From positions 64,098-128,097 of the forward strand of contig CAYOPZ010000001.1 of the NCBI GenBank assembly GCA_964406005.1: a stretch of 64,000 nt of DNA, in the 5' to 3' direction. Source of the DNA: an uncultured Bacteroidaceae bacterium (GTDB lineage Bacteria > Bacteroidota > Bacteroidia > Bacteroidales > SM23-62). The notes beneath the pieces are model-generated. The model had not been told where the DNA came from. It saw only the letters and a program-made list of their open reading frames with translations, and made no database searches. The position numbers were made by a program, and so were the translations under genes. Positions 15,211 through 25,045 of the stretch are shown here, one piece after another; position 1 is the first letter of the stretch, and every line of letters starts with the position of its first letter.

Positions 15211-17082
15211 TTAGAATTCGAGTGTTTCCCTTGTCTCACCGCATCCCATCATGGCTTCCCCGAAATAGGGATTCCGGATCTCCTTAATGCTGCTAAACCA
15301 GTAGGCTCCTTTTTCACCGATGGCCATTGGACAGTACTGGTAATAGACCGTTCCTTTCTCAAGACCGAAGGTTTTCAGGGTGTTGTAAAAGGCCGAATTG
15401 AAGGCCGCAAAGGCAGCCCGCTGTCCTTCAATATCCTTTCCGGCCAGGATTTTATCCATTGCCGGGGCGAGTGCACCCAGTTGAGTCATCCACTGCATAT
15501 GGGCGTTCCCTTTTAAGAGCTCCATATCGACGGACTCCAGCGCTGATTTTACATTTCCGGCATTCTTCAATACCTCTTCCTCATCGGAGGCCACGAAGGC
15601 ATCTTTCATAGTGAGATAGGCATCGTATACACTCTGAAGCTCCTCCCTGAATTCATTGCTCACAACGGTTTCGGCCGCTCCGGATTCCCCGGTTTCTGCT
15701 CCGCCGGCTTCCGGGGTTCCCGGACTTTCTCCGGTACTCCGCTCCATATCCTGACCGGAGGAAGAGCCGTTCCCTGAACCCATGTCCATGTTCATGTGAC
15801 CCGTCGACGCGGTGCCACCCTCAGGGTTCATCATACTCGGGAGTCCCGCGAGCTGCGCCGCCGCATCGATCCTGAACACCCCGTTGACGGCGATTTCCTC
15901 TCCTTCTGCCAGACCCTCGCTTACCACGTAAAAGTCACCGGCTTCCGGTCCCAGAACGATTTCGCGATACAGGAAGGTCGGAGACGGACGATCCGGAATC
16001 TTAACGTAGATCACCGCCCTTTCACCCGTCCATAATACGGCCGATTTGGGGATCATTATCTTATCCGCTCCGCCGGCAATGGTCGAATGCAGCCTGCCGT
16101 TCACGAACATGCCCGGTTTAAGCCGGAGTCCCGGGTTATCCATTTCTATCCTTACCTTCGAGACACGGGTTTTATTGTTAATAAAAGGATCGATGTATGA
16201 AACCTTCCCGCTGAATACTTCTCCCGGCAGCGACTGAACGGAGAAAACGGCTTGGTTTCCCTGTTTTATCCACGGCAGGTCGCTCTCGTAAGCGTCAAGC
16301 ATGATCCAGATCTTTGTCAGATCTATAACCTGGAACAATGCACTCCCCTCCTTTACGTAATCGCCCAGGGCCACGTGACGCATCATTACGGTCCCCGATA
16401 TGGGCGAAAGCACGTCAAAATACAAACGCGGTTCCCCTTTCCTTTCGATGTCTGAGATCTGTTCATCGCTCAGGTCCCAGAGCTTAAGTTTTGTCTTTGC
16501 CGCTGAATAAAGGGCAGGCCTGGTTTCGCGGGTTGCTTCCGCTTCCAGCAGCTCCTTCTGCGCTGCCACCAGGCCGGGAGAATAGATCGTGGCCAGTTTC
16601 TGGCCCCTGGTCACATTCTGTCCCGTATAATTTACAAGGAGTTTTTCGATCCGGCCCCCAAACCGGGCGGTCAGTTCGGCAATGTTCCGTTCGTCCGGTT
16701 CAACCTTGCCCTGCAGGAACAGATCGCGGACCGGTGTCCCCTTGGTGATCCGCAGGGTTTGTATGTCCGCCAGGCTGGCTGACGCCTCGGTCATCGAAAT
16801 TTCGTCAGGATTGAATTCGCCGGATTCGCTCTCGAGAGTGGATAAAGGGATCAGCTCCATCCCGCAGATGGGGCAATTCCCGGGCTTGTCCTCCCTGATC
16901 TGCGGGTGCATGGAGCAGGTCCAGATCGTGGCTTCCGCCTCACTGTGCTCGTGTTCTGCAACGGTTTCCCCGGAACTTTTATCACCGGAATGGAATAACA
17001 CGCCCCCGGCCAGCAATCCGACGATCAGGCCGCCTGCGATCCATCCGAGATTCTGTCTGATTTTTGTGAACCATGTTTTCAT
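15211..17082 (-). CDS. Heavy-metal efflux RND periplasmic adaptor (CzcB/CusB family) with an N-terminal metal-binding domain and a C-terminal DUF3347-like domain
   Basis: 623 aa. The N-terminus has WTCSMHPQIREDKPGNCPICGMELIP. The middle is an MFP barrel/lipoyl core. After a Gly/Ser-rich linker comes a C-terminal helical domain ending YYQYCPMA...GCGE. Confidence 0.85.
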   Translation of the reverse strand: MKTWFTKIRQNLGWIAGGLIVGLLAGGVLFHSGDKSSGETVAEHEHSEAEATIWTCSMHPQIREDKPGNCPICGMELIPLSTLESESGEFNPDEISMTEASASLADIQTLRITKGTPVRDLFLQGKVEPDERNIAELTARFGGRIEKLLVNYTGQNVTRGQKLATIYSPGLVAAQKELLEAEATRETRPALYSAAKTKLKLWDLSDEQISDIERKGEPRLYFDVLSPISGTVMMRHVALGDYVKEGSALFQVIDLTKIWIMLDAYESDLPWIKQGNQAVFSVQSLPGEVFSGKVSYIDPFINNKTRVSKVRIEMDNPGLRLKPGMFVNGRLHSTIAGGADKIMIPKSAVLWTGERAVIYVKIPDRPSPTFLYREIVLGPEAGDFYVVSEGLAEGEEIAVNGVFRIDAAAQLAGLPSMMNPEGGTASTGHMNMDMGSGNGSSSGQDMERSTGESPGTPEAGGAETGESGAAETVVSNEFREELQSVYDAYLTMKDAFVASDEEEVLKNAGNVKSALESVDMELLKGNAHMQWMTQLGALAPAMDKILAGKDIEGQRAAFAAFNSAFYNTLKTFGLEKGTVYYQYCPMAIGEKGAYWFSSIKEIRNPYFGEAMMGCGETRETLEF

Positions 17083-17098
17083 GATATCATGTTTTAAA

Positions 17099-18331
17099 TT
17101 ATTTACCCGTTAAATACATAATGAAGGAGGTGGCTGCCTCATGATCGGCCCTCGCTTTTTCTGTTTCAAGGGCGTATTTGAGCACCTGCCGTTCCATCCG
17201 GAGCACTTCTTCGAAATTTGCGCTGTTTGCCGCATAATCAACCTGGAGCAGATCCACGGATTTCCTCGCCAGGTCGGATTGTTCCCGGTTAAGCTTTATT
17301 CGCCTTTCGGCATCCCTGAGATCGCGCCAGGCACCTTCGAACAGGGTTTCAAGCAGGTTGGTTTTGTCAATTTTTTCTTCCTGCCTGGCCGCTTCCATGT
17401 AGATGGCCTCCCCAACCTTGGCCCGGTATTTTTCCCGGTAGAGAGGTATTGAAATCCCGACGGTTGGAAAAACAAAGGCATCCTTCCCTGCCAGGTTGTT
17501 CTCTCCCTTCCCGGTCACCATGTATTCGAACCCTATTGAAAATCCGGGCAGCCCGGACTTCCTTGCCGCCTCCTGTCCGGACTTCAGGGATTCAATCTGG
17601 CGATCCAGGCTCAGCAGCCGGTGGTTCCCTGCCCGGATACTGTCGAGAAGTGCATCTTTATCCCCGGGCAATGCAGTAAGCCGGAGGACATCGGGCAATT
17701 CAACGGTTTCATCGGTTTCGCTGTTAAGCAGATTGTTGAACCTGGTTGTCTGGACACCCATATTATCTTTAAGCAGGGCCAGCTGGTTCTCCAGGTCCCC
17801 GATCTCTATCTCCAACCTGTAGTTATCCACCGCCGATACCAGGCCCGTTTCAATCTTGACAAGCACCAGGTTCCGGAATGTATTCAGGATTTCCAGGTTT
17901 TCCCCGGTAATGCGGATGGCCTGCTGCGTAACATACAGATTGTAATAAGCATCCCGGATATCGTTAAACAGGCTTGATTTTGCTTCTTCGAAGGCTTCGT
18001 ATTTCGCCTCCGCCATCCGGGTTGCGGCATCCGCCCTGTCTCCCAGCATCCCGAACCAGGGAAACATCTGGCTTGCGGAGAATTTGAATTCCTGAGGGCC
18101 CATCCGGGTTTCAACCGGCCTGATGAAATAGCCGAACATCACTTTCGGGTCCGGCAGGGCTTTGACCTGCGGGATGTTTTCCAGGGCGGCAAGATATTCG
18201 TTGAATTTCACCTTAAGCGCAGCATTGTTCATGGCCGACCTTTCCAGGTAAGTGTCGAGGTAATCCTGCGATGCTGCGCTGAATGAAATGAAGGAAATAA
18301 GCAGAACGAATATGAATTTACTGGTCTTCAT
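17099..18331 (-). CDS. TolC-family outer-membrane efflux protein (CzcC-like)
   Basis: 410 aa with a signal peptide and two OEP-type coiled repeats. It overlaps the stop of the RND pump gene by 14 nt. Confidence 0.8.
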   Translation of the reverse strand: MKTSKFIFVLLISFISFSAASQDYLDTYLERSAMNNAALKVKFNEYLAALENIPQVKALPDPKVMFGYFIRPVETRMGPQEFKFSASQMFPWFGMLGDRADAATRMAEAKYEAFEEAKSSLFNDIRDAYYNLYVTQQAIRITGENLEILNTFRNLVLVKIETGLVSAVDNYRLEIEIGDLENQLALLKDNMGVQTTRFNNLLNSETDETVELPDVLRLTALPGDKDALLDSIRAGNHRLLSLDRQIESLKSGQEAARKSGLPGFSIGFEYMVTGKGENNLAGKDAFVFPTVGISIPLYREKYRAKVGEAIYMEAARQEEKIDKTNLLETLFEGAWRDLRDAERRIKLNREQSDLARKSVDLLQVDYAANSANFEEVLRMERQVLKYALETEKARADHEAATSFIMYLTGK

Positions 18332-21300
18332 TGTATTCCGTTTTAGATGTTTCTACAGGTTTCCTGGTTATTTTATTCTCCTGCCACATACTGTAAAGTA
18401 CGGGAACGACAAAAATGGTCAGCACCTGGAATATCATCCCGCCGAACGAAGGGATGGCCATGGGAACCATAATATCCGATCCCTTGCCGGTTGAAGTAAG
18501 TACCGGGATCAGGGCGATTATCGCGGCAGCGGCAGTCATCATGGCCGGGCGCACCCTGATCGAACCCGCTTCCAGTACCGATTTCCTGACCTCTTCCCTG
18601 GTCCTGGGCTTGTTCCTCCCGAAAACCTGTTGCAGGTAGGTGCCTATTATCACCCCGTTATCGGTGGCGATCCCGAACAATGCCACAAAACCCACCCAGA
18701 CGGCAACACTCAGGTTGATCGGGTGCATGTCGAACATATCGCGTATGTTGATCCCCCCTACCGAAAAATTCATGAACCAGTGCTGCCCGTAAAACCACAT
18801 CATCAGGAATCCCCCCGAGAAGGCCACAAAAATTCCCGTGAATATCATGGAGGAGGTGACAACAGACCGAAACTGGAAATACAGGATAAGAAAGATCAGG
18901 ATAAGGGAGAGCGGTACCACCAGCATCAGGCGTTTGGTCGCCCGTATCTGATTTTCGTAATTACCGGTGAACACGAAGCTTACCCCGGGAGGAATTACCA
19001 GTTCCCCGCTTTCTATCTTTTCATCAATGAACTTGCGGGCATTTTCAACGACGTCCACTTCGGCATAATCCGGTTTTTTATCGAAAATGACATAACCCAC
19101 GAGAAAGGTATTCTCACTCTTGATCATCTGTGGCCCCCTCAGGTAGGTTACCTCCGCCAGTTCCCCCAGGGGCACCTGGGCTCCGGCAGGGGTTGGAATA
19201 AGGATCTTTTTAAGATCCTCGGGGTTGTCACGGAATTCACGTGCATACCTAACACGCACCGGAAATCTTTCCCGGCCTTCGACGGTCGTGCTTAGTTGCA
19301 TGCCACCGACCGTGCCGCTGATGGCAGTCTGAAGGTCTTTGATGCTCAGACCGTACCTGGACGTGGCCCCCCTGTTGATCTTCAATTCCATGTAAGGCTT
19401 GCCGACCACCCGGTCTGCAAAAACCGATCTTGGTTCGATGCCTTCGACCTGTTTAAGGTTCCTTTCCAGCTCGAAGCCTGTTTTTTCGATGGTCTGGAGA
19501 TCAGGTCCGAAAACCTTTATGCCCATTGGGGCCCTCATCCCGGTTTGCAGCATGATCAGGCGGGTCTGTATGGGCTGTAGCTTTGGTGCCGACGTCAATC
19601 CCGGAATATTCGCTTCCTTCACGATCTGATCCCAGATGTCATCGGGCGAGGCAATGTTGTCTCTCCACTGCCTGAAATATTCTCCCTTTTTATCCTCTAT
19701 CAGATTATCCCGGTCAATAAGCCGGAAACCGTCAGTTACGGGATTATAGCGGCCCCCGTCCTTTAACACATAAGATTCGTCCCTGTCTACACGGAACCGC
19801 ATCCTGTGCCCGTCTTCATCGAGTATGTATTCCGGTTTGTAATTGATGATATTTTCGAACATAGAGATCGGCGCCGGATCCAGGGCTGAATTCACCCTTC
19901 CCCATTTCCCGACTACCGATTCGACTTCCGGGATTGAATTCACCTTCTGGTCCAGCATGCGTATTACATCTATGTTCTCCTGGACCCCCGAATGCGGCAT
20001 GGTTGTCGGCATAAGCAGGAAAGAGCCCTCATCCAGGGCCGGCATGAATTCCTTTCCTACTCCCGGCATAACCCGGGCGACCGATTTCCATGCCCCGGTT
20101 TCCTTAATGAAATGCGGCATGAAACCGAACATGCGGTCTACTCCCTGCCAGCTGACAATGCCGAAAAGGATAAATACGATGGGTATGGCCAGGAATTTCC
20201 ATTTATTTGCCAGGGACCACCTCAGGATGCTCCGGTAATATCTTACGATGAGCATCAGGGAACCCAGTACGATGGTAATAATGGATATTACGAACAATAA
20301 ATTGGCTGTCAAGCTGTTTTGAGCCCCGAGCGGCATCCAGATCCCGGTCAGGTAGAAAAGGACCACCAGAAGTGCAACCGCGATGTTAATGTATTTCACA
20401 AAATGCCTTTTATTCTCCGGCCACCTGTCTTCCAGCAGGTTATTCATTCCGACGGCAACCAGGGCAAAAGGTATGATCGAGCGGTCAATGACCCCCGCCA
20501 CCAGACCGATGGCTATAAGGATGATGCTCCAGATTCTTCTTGTACTGATTTTCCGGTTCCGCAAGGCAAACAAGATATTCGCCAATGTGGGAATGATAAT
20601 CAGCCCGATCACCAGTCCCGATACCATGGCAAAAGTCTTCGTGAATGCCAGCGGCTTGAACAGTTTTCCTTCTGCAGCCTGCATGGCAAATACCGGCAGG
20701 AAACTTAAAATGGTTGTGGTCAGCGCCGTGAGTACCGCTCCGGCCACCTCGACGGTGGCGTCATAGATCACGGTAAGCAAGCGTTTCCCCCGGGCATCAC
20801 GGTTCTCGGGCATCTCAAGATGCCGGACTATGTTTTCAGTGAATACGATCCCCACATCCGCCATTACGCCGATGGCGATGGCAATGCCGGAAAGGGCCAC
20901 GATGTTCGCATCCACCCCGAAATTCCTCATGACGATAAAGGTCATCAGTACCCCTATTGGCAGCAGGCTGGAAATCAGAAAGGAGGCTCTCAGGTTCACC
21001 ACCAGCACGATCACCACAATGATGCTGATCAGGATCTCCAGGGTCAGGGCTTCTTCAAGGGTACCCAGGGTCTCCTTGATCAGGCCCGTACGATCGTAAA
21101 ACGGTACGATGGTGACCTTCGAAACCGAGCCGTCGTCCAGGGTTTTTGAGGGAAGGCCGGGGGCGATTTCTGCAATTTTATCCTTGACGTTCCGGATCAC
21201 ATCCATCGGGTTGGCTCCGTACCTGGCTACAACGACCCCTCCCACGGCTTCGGCCCCGCCTTTGTCGAGGCCCCCTCTCCTTGTTGCAGGGCCATAATTG

Positions 21301-22145
21301 ACGTGGGCGACATCCCTGAGCATGATCGGCACGTTATCGTTCACGGCGACCACGCTTTCTTCGAGGTCTTCAATGCTTTTTATATATCCCAGCGCCCTGA
21401 CCAGGTATTCCGCCCGGTTGAATTCTATCGTCCTGGCTCCGATATCAAGGTTGCTGTTTTTTACCGCCGCCATGATCTGGGCGACGTTCACCCCGTGGGC
21501 CTTCATTGCATCCGGGTCGATATCGACCTGGTATTCCTTGATAAATCCCCCGATGGAGGCCACCTCGGATACCCCTTCCGCGGAAGTCAGGGAATACCTC
21601 ACATAAAAATCCTGGATGGTACGCAATTCCTGCGGGTCCCATCCGCCCGAAGGATTCCCTTCTTTATCCCTCCCCTCCAGGGTATACCAGTAAATCTGTC
21701 CCAGGGCGGTCGCATCCGGACCAAGCGCGGGAGTGGCACCTTCCGGAAGTGTCCCTGCAGGGAGTGAGTTGAGCTTTTCCAGGATCCTGGTCCTGCTCCA
21801 GTAGAAATCCACATTGTCATTGAAAATCACGTAGATGCTGGACAGCCCGAAGATGGAATTGCTGCGGATGGTTTTCACCCCGGGGATTCCGAGCAGCGAG
21901 GTGGTAAGGGGATAGGAGATCTGGTCCTCGATGTCCTGGGGGGATCTTCCGGGCCATTCGGTGTATACGATTTGCTGGTTTTCCCCGATGTCCGGGATGG
22001 CGTCCACGGGAACCGGGTCCCGGGGCAGCACGCCCAGATCCCAGCCGAAGGGTGCGGTGACCAATCCCCATGCAATGAACCCTATCAGGACGATGAAGGT
22101 CACCAGCCTGTTTTCAAGGAAAAAACGAATGATTCTGTTTAACAT
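18318..22145 (-). CDS. CusA/CzcA-family heavy-metal efflux RND pump, oversized variant (1275 aa)
   Basis: The N-terminus is typical (MLNRIIRFFLENRLVTFIVL). HME-RND-like periplasmic and TM segments run throughout, with an extra hydrophobic block in the middle. Confidence 0.9.
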   Translation of the reverse strand: MLNRIIRFFLENRLVTFIVLIGFIAWGLVTAPFGWDLGVLPRDPVPVDAIPDIGENQQIVYTEWPGRSPQDIEDQISYPLTTSLLGIPGVKTIRSNSIFGLSSIYVIFNDNVDFYWSRTRILEKLNSLPAGTLPEGATPALGPDATALGQIYWYTLEGRDKEGNPSGGWDPQELRTIQDFYVRYSLTSAEGVSEVASIGGFIKEYQVDIDPDAMKAHGVNVAQIMAAVKNSNLDIGARTIEFNRAEYLVRALGYIKSIEDLEESVVAVNDNVPIMLRDVAHVNYGPATRRGGLDKGGAEAVGGVVVARYGANPMDVIRNVKDKIAEIAPGLPSKTLDDGSVSKVTIVPFYDRTGLIKETLGTLEEALTLEILISIIVVIVLVVNLRASFLISSLLPIGVLMTFIVMRNFGVDANIVALSGIAIAIGVMADVGIVFTENIVRHLEMPENRDARGKRLLTVIYDATVEVAGAVLTALTTTILSFLPVFAMQAAEGKLFKPLAFTKTFAMVSGLVIGLIIIPTLANILFALRNRKISTRRIWSIILIAIGLVAGVIDRSIIPFALVAVGMNNLLEDRWPENKRHFVKYINIAVALLVVLFYLTGIWMPLGAQNSLTANLLFVISIITIVLGSLMLIVRYYRSILRWSLANKWKFLAIPIVFILFGIVSWQGVDRMFGFMPHFIKETGAWKSVARVMPGVGKEFMPALDEGSFLLMPTTMPHSGVQENIDVIRMLDQKVNSIPEVESVVGKWGRVNSALDPAPISMFENIINYKPEYILDEDGHRMRFRVDRDESYVLKDGGRYNPVTDGFRLIDRDNLIEDKKGEYFRQWRDNIASPDDIWDQIVKEANIPGLTSAPKLQPIQTRLIMLQTGMRAPMGIKVFGPDLQTIEKTGFELERNLKQVEGIEPRSVFADRVVGKPYMELKINRGATSRYGLSIKDLQTAISGTVGGMQLSTTVEGRERFPVRVRYAREFRDNPEDLKKILIPTPAGAQVPLGELAEVTYLRGPQMIKSENTFLVGYVIFDKKPDYAEVDVVENARKFIDEKIESGELVIPPGVSFVFTGNYENQIRATKRLMLVVPLSLILIFLILYFQFRSVVTSSMIFTGIFVAFSGGFLMMWFYGQHWFMNFSVGGINIRDMFDMHPINLSVAVWVGFVALFGIATDNGVIIGTYLQQVFGRNKPRTREEVRKSVLEAGSIRVRPAMMTAAAAIIALIPVLTSTGKGSDIMVPMAIPSFGGMIFQVLTIFVVPVLYSMWQENKITRKPVETSKTEYNEDQ

Positions 22146-22238
22146 ACTGAAAAGTTTATGATCTTATTGAACAACCTGGGAAACAGAGGTATCCGTCGTG
22201 CAAGTGGACACAACGGCTGCTGTCTGTTCAACGGAAGA

Positions 22239-22607
22239 TCACAAACGATAGGTCTGCAGGGAAGGCAGGTTCGTATGGGGGTTTGACGGGGGACCAAGTC
22301 CATGCTGTTCCGGAACACAGAAACCGTCCCGAATGGTCAAAGCGTAAATTGTTGTCGTCAGGGGTATCACATGGTAATCCTGATCAGAAGTCAGGTTAAA
22401 GACCGGGGCAGTGTAGTCGACGGCGAGTTTATAGGTGTCGGTCTGCTCGTGACAGCAGCTCTCATCCATGTCGCTGCAGGTTTTCGCCTTGCCGAACAGG
22501 CTGTACGAAACCAGGTTGTCCCCGCAGTAATGCTTATCAATGGTCACTCCCGTGGTACTGATAACCAATACCAGCGAGAAAAAAACATGTATAAGTTTAT
22601 AAAGCAT
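22239..22607 (-). CDS. Small secreted/membrane-anchored protein with HYC, CC and PP motifs (HYC_CC_PP-like)
   Basis: From the ATG at 22607 it reads MLYKLIHVFFSLVLVISTTGVTIDKHYCGD...ESCCHEQ...GLGPPSNP. I recall the family name from NCBI protein-family naming and have not verified it. Confidence 0.5.
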   Translation of the reverse strand: MLYKLIHVFFSLVLVISTTGVTIDKHYCGDNLVSYSLFGKAKTCSDMDESCCHEQTDTYKLAVDYTAPVFNLTSDQDYHVIPLTTTIYALTIRDGFCVPEQHGLGPPSNPHTNLPSLQTYRL

Positions 22608-22775
22608 TGGGAGGCAAAAATATTTACCCTGCAAAGAAAGGGAGAATAATGAAAGAGATTTTATAGAATTTTCGAATAATTGTACAAAATTATTGCCGGC
22701 AGGCATCCCCTGTCAGGTGTTATTTACATATCATCCGGTATGACCGCCAGGTCCTTGAATGGCAGATAATCGGCA

Positions 22776-23357
22776 TCATTCCCCCAAACGATCAATCGGG
22801 ATTCGCTTGATGCTTTTGATTTTTTTGAAATGGGAAGGGCTCAGGCCCGTTACTTTTTTAAACTGGGTGCTGAGATGTTGAGAACTGCTGTATCCCAGCC
22901 TGTAAGCTATCTCGCTGAATGTCAACTCGTCATATACGATCATTTCCTTTATTTTCTCGATCTTCTGAAGGATAATGTATTTTTCGATCGTAATGCCTTC
23001 GACCGATGAGAAAAGCGTGCTGAGACTTGAATAATCGGCCCCGATCTTCCGGGCCAGGTAGGTGGAAAAAACCATATGCGGGGGAATCTCCTCCCCGTGG
23101 TGAATGACGTTGATGATCTCGGTCTTTATCCGGTTTACGGTCCGGCTCTTATGATCGCTGATGATCTCAAATCCCTCCCTGTCAAGAGTCTGTCTCAGTT
23201 TCTCAAATGTTTCAGTATCCGGTCCGGCACCGAGTATGAGTTCCCCCAGACTGACCGATTCGACATCCAGCCCGAGTCCTTCCGCTGATTCCCGCACTGC
23301 CCTGATGCATCGCGGGCAAACCATATGCTTGATATAAATCGTATACTTCTCAGACAT
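22776..23357 (-). CDS. AraC-family transcriptional regulator with an N-terminal CxxC (HMA-like) sensor domain
   Basis: The N-terminus has HMVCPRCIRAVRESAEGLGLDV. The C-terminus is an AraC HTH (FSEIAYRLGYSSSQHLSTQFKKVTGLSPSHF). It heads the czc-like gene string. Confidence 0.75.
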   Translation of the reverse strand: MSEKYTIYIKHMVCPRCIRAVRESAEGLGLDVESVSLGELILGAGPDTETFEKLRQTLDREGFEIISDHKSRTVNRIKTEIINVIHHGEEIPPHMVFSTYLARKIGADYSSLSTLFSSVEGITIEKYIILQKIEKIKEMIVYDELTFSEIAYRLGYSSSQHLSTQFKKVTGLSPSHFKKIKSIKRIPIDRLGE

Positions 23358-23446
23358 AACTTGTATTTCCTTATAAAAATTGACCGGGACAGAAGGTATT
23401 CAGCCTGCTTATCCCGGCTTCCGTCATTATCCGGCCAGGCAGACTA

Positions 23447-24193
23447 TTATTTTTTCTTCGCCTGGGCGGCGACGGCGGCGGCCTTGGCCGCGATCTCCCC
23501 GGGATCTCCCAGGTAATAATGCCTTATGGGCCTGAGATCCCCGTCAAGCTCATAGACCAGGGGGACACCGGTCGGAATGTTCAGCTTGATGACCTCTTCC
23601 TCGCTCATGTCGTCGAGGTATTTTACCAGCGCTCTCAGGCTGTTGCCGTGAGCGGAGACCAGTACCTTTTTCCCGCTCTTTATGGCCGGAGCAATAGTGT
23701 CGAACCAGAAGGGCAGGAAACGGTCAACGGTCAGCTTCAGGGATTCCGTGGTCGGAATGTCCGCCTCGTCCACATCCCTGTATGCCGGGTTATTTCCGGG
23801 GTAACGCTCGTCTGTCTTCTCCAGTGCCGGAGGGGGAACATCATAGCTCCTTCTCCAGAGAAGCACCTGCTCCTCGCCGTGCTTTTCGGCGGTTTCGGCC
23901 TTGTTGAGCCCCTGCAGGGCGCCGTAATGCCGCTCGTTCAGGCGCCAGTTCTTTTCTACGGGTATCCAGAGACGGTCCATTTCCTCGAGGCAGAGCCAGA
24001 GCGTCCGGAGGGCCCGCTTCAGAACGGAAGTATAGGCTATGTCAAAATCATATCCTTCCTCCTTCAGGATACGCCCTGCATTTCTGGCTTCCTCTATCCC
24101 CTGTTCGGTCAGATCCACATCGGTCCACCCGGTAAACCTGTTCTCCTTGTTCCAGGCGCTTTCGCCGTGACGCAATAAAACTACCTTGTACAT
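23447..24193 (-). CDS. gpmA: 2,3-bisphosphoglycerate-dependent phosphoglycerate mutase
   Basis: It carries [18 protein letters not shown] and the RHYG motif. I prefer the ATG at 24193 over the GTG at 24199. Confidence 0.9.
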   Translation of the reverse strand: MYKVVLLRHGESAWNKENRFTGWTDVDLTEQGIEEARNAGRILKEEGYDFDIAYTSVLKRALRTLWLCLEEMDRLWIPVEKNWRLNERHYGALQGLNKAETAEKHGEEQVLLWRRSYDVPPPALEKTDERYPGNNPAYRDVDEADIPTTESLKLTVDRFLPFWFDTIAPAIKSGKKVLVSAHGNSLRALVKYLDDMSEEEVIKLNIPTGVPLVYELDGDLRPIRHYYLGDPGEIAAKAAAVAAQAKKK

Positions 24194-24251
24194 TTCCACT
24201 GGCTTTTAAAATACAATTCGCAACAACGGACCCCAAAGTTAACAAATTAGG

Positions 24252-25040
24252 CTACAAGTTCTGCCTGATGTATTCGGGAAAAAGTTTCACCTTTTCAATT
24301 TCCTCCGCAGGGTATACCAAATTCTTAAAATCAAGTGACTTCATCTGAAAATCCACTGTGTTGCATACTTCCAAAATCCTTTTTTTAAGATCCTCAACGG
24401 AACCGATCTGCAATTTCTCCTTCAGATATTCAATGTTTGGCATGGTTTTGCCCCGGAGATACATGACATCATAGAAGTCCCGTCCCTTCAACCTGTCAAG
24501 CATGGCCGCAATTTTCATCGAAAGCAGGATATCAACCGGGGTCGTACTGATCTGTGTCATGATATTGAACTTCTGAATGATGATCTTGTCCGGGGTATAT
24601 TTAAAATAATGGGGTTCTGCCTCAATTTTTATATGGCACTTTTTTTCTTTATGTCCTGTTAATTTAAGATCAAACAACAGCCCGGGGAAAGAAATTATTC
24701 TTCTGAACGCATTCAGTTTCGAATCGGTACTCCTGTCCTCCGCTTTTACAGCGAAACCTTCGGCATGTAATCTTGCCACTACTATACCGGTCAGATCACT
24801 GAACTCTTCTTTACTCAAATGAAAACAGTCAAAATCCAGATCTTCGCTAAACCTGTTGATCTTATGAATAATCCGAAGGTTGGTTCCGCCGATAAAACTC
24901 AGTTTTTCAGACCATTTTGAATTGAAAATCGCATCCAGCATCCTGTAGTGGATCAACTCTTTTACCATGTATTCATGATACTGGGGATTGCCCCGGAGCT
25001 GCGGTGGAAAATATTTCTGTATTTCTTGTATATCCAGCAT
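24252..25040 (-). CDS. AbiEii/AbiGii-family nucleotidyltransferase toxin
   Basis: SFIGGTNLRIIHKINRFSEDLDFD is the DUF1814/AbiEii signature. It lies 5 nt downstream of the AbiEi-like gene. Confidence 0.75.
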   Translation of the reverse strand: MLDIQEIQKYFPPQLRGNPQYHEYMVKELIHYRMLDAIFNSKWSEKLSFIGGTNLRIIHKINRFSEDLDFDCFHLSKEEFSDLTGIVVARLHAEGFAVKAEDRSTDSKLNAFRRIISFPGLLFDLKLTGHKEKKCHIKIEAEPHYFKYTPDKIIIQKFNIMTQISTTPVDILLSMKIAAMLDRLKGRDFYDVMYLRGKTMPNIEYLKEKLQIGSVEDLKKRILEVCNTVDFQMKSLDFKNLVYPAEEIEKVKLFPEYIRQNL

Positions 25041-25045
25041 TTACA

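Noticed and set aside
22608-22706. The N-terminal extension of the HYC/CC/PP ORF (track start 22706, MPAGNNFVQLFENS...).
   Set aside because: The internal ATG at 22607 yields a typical hydrophobic N-terminal anchor. The extension has no features and would absorb a promoter-like TATTTTTG box.
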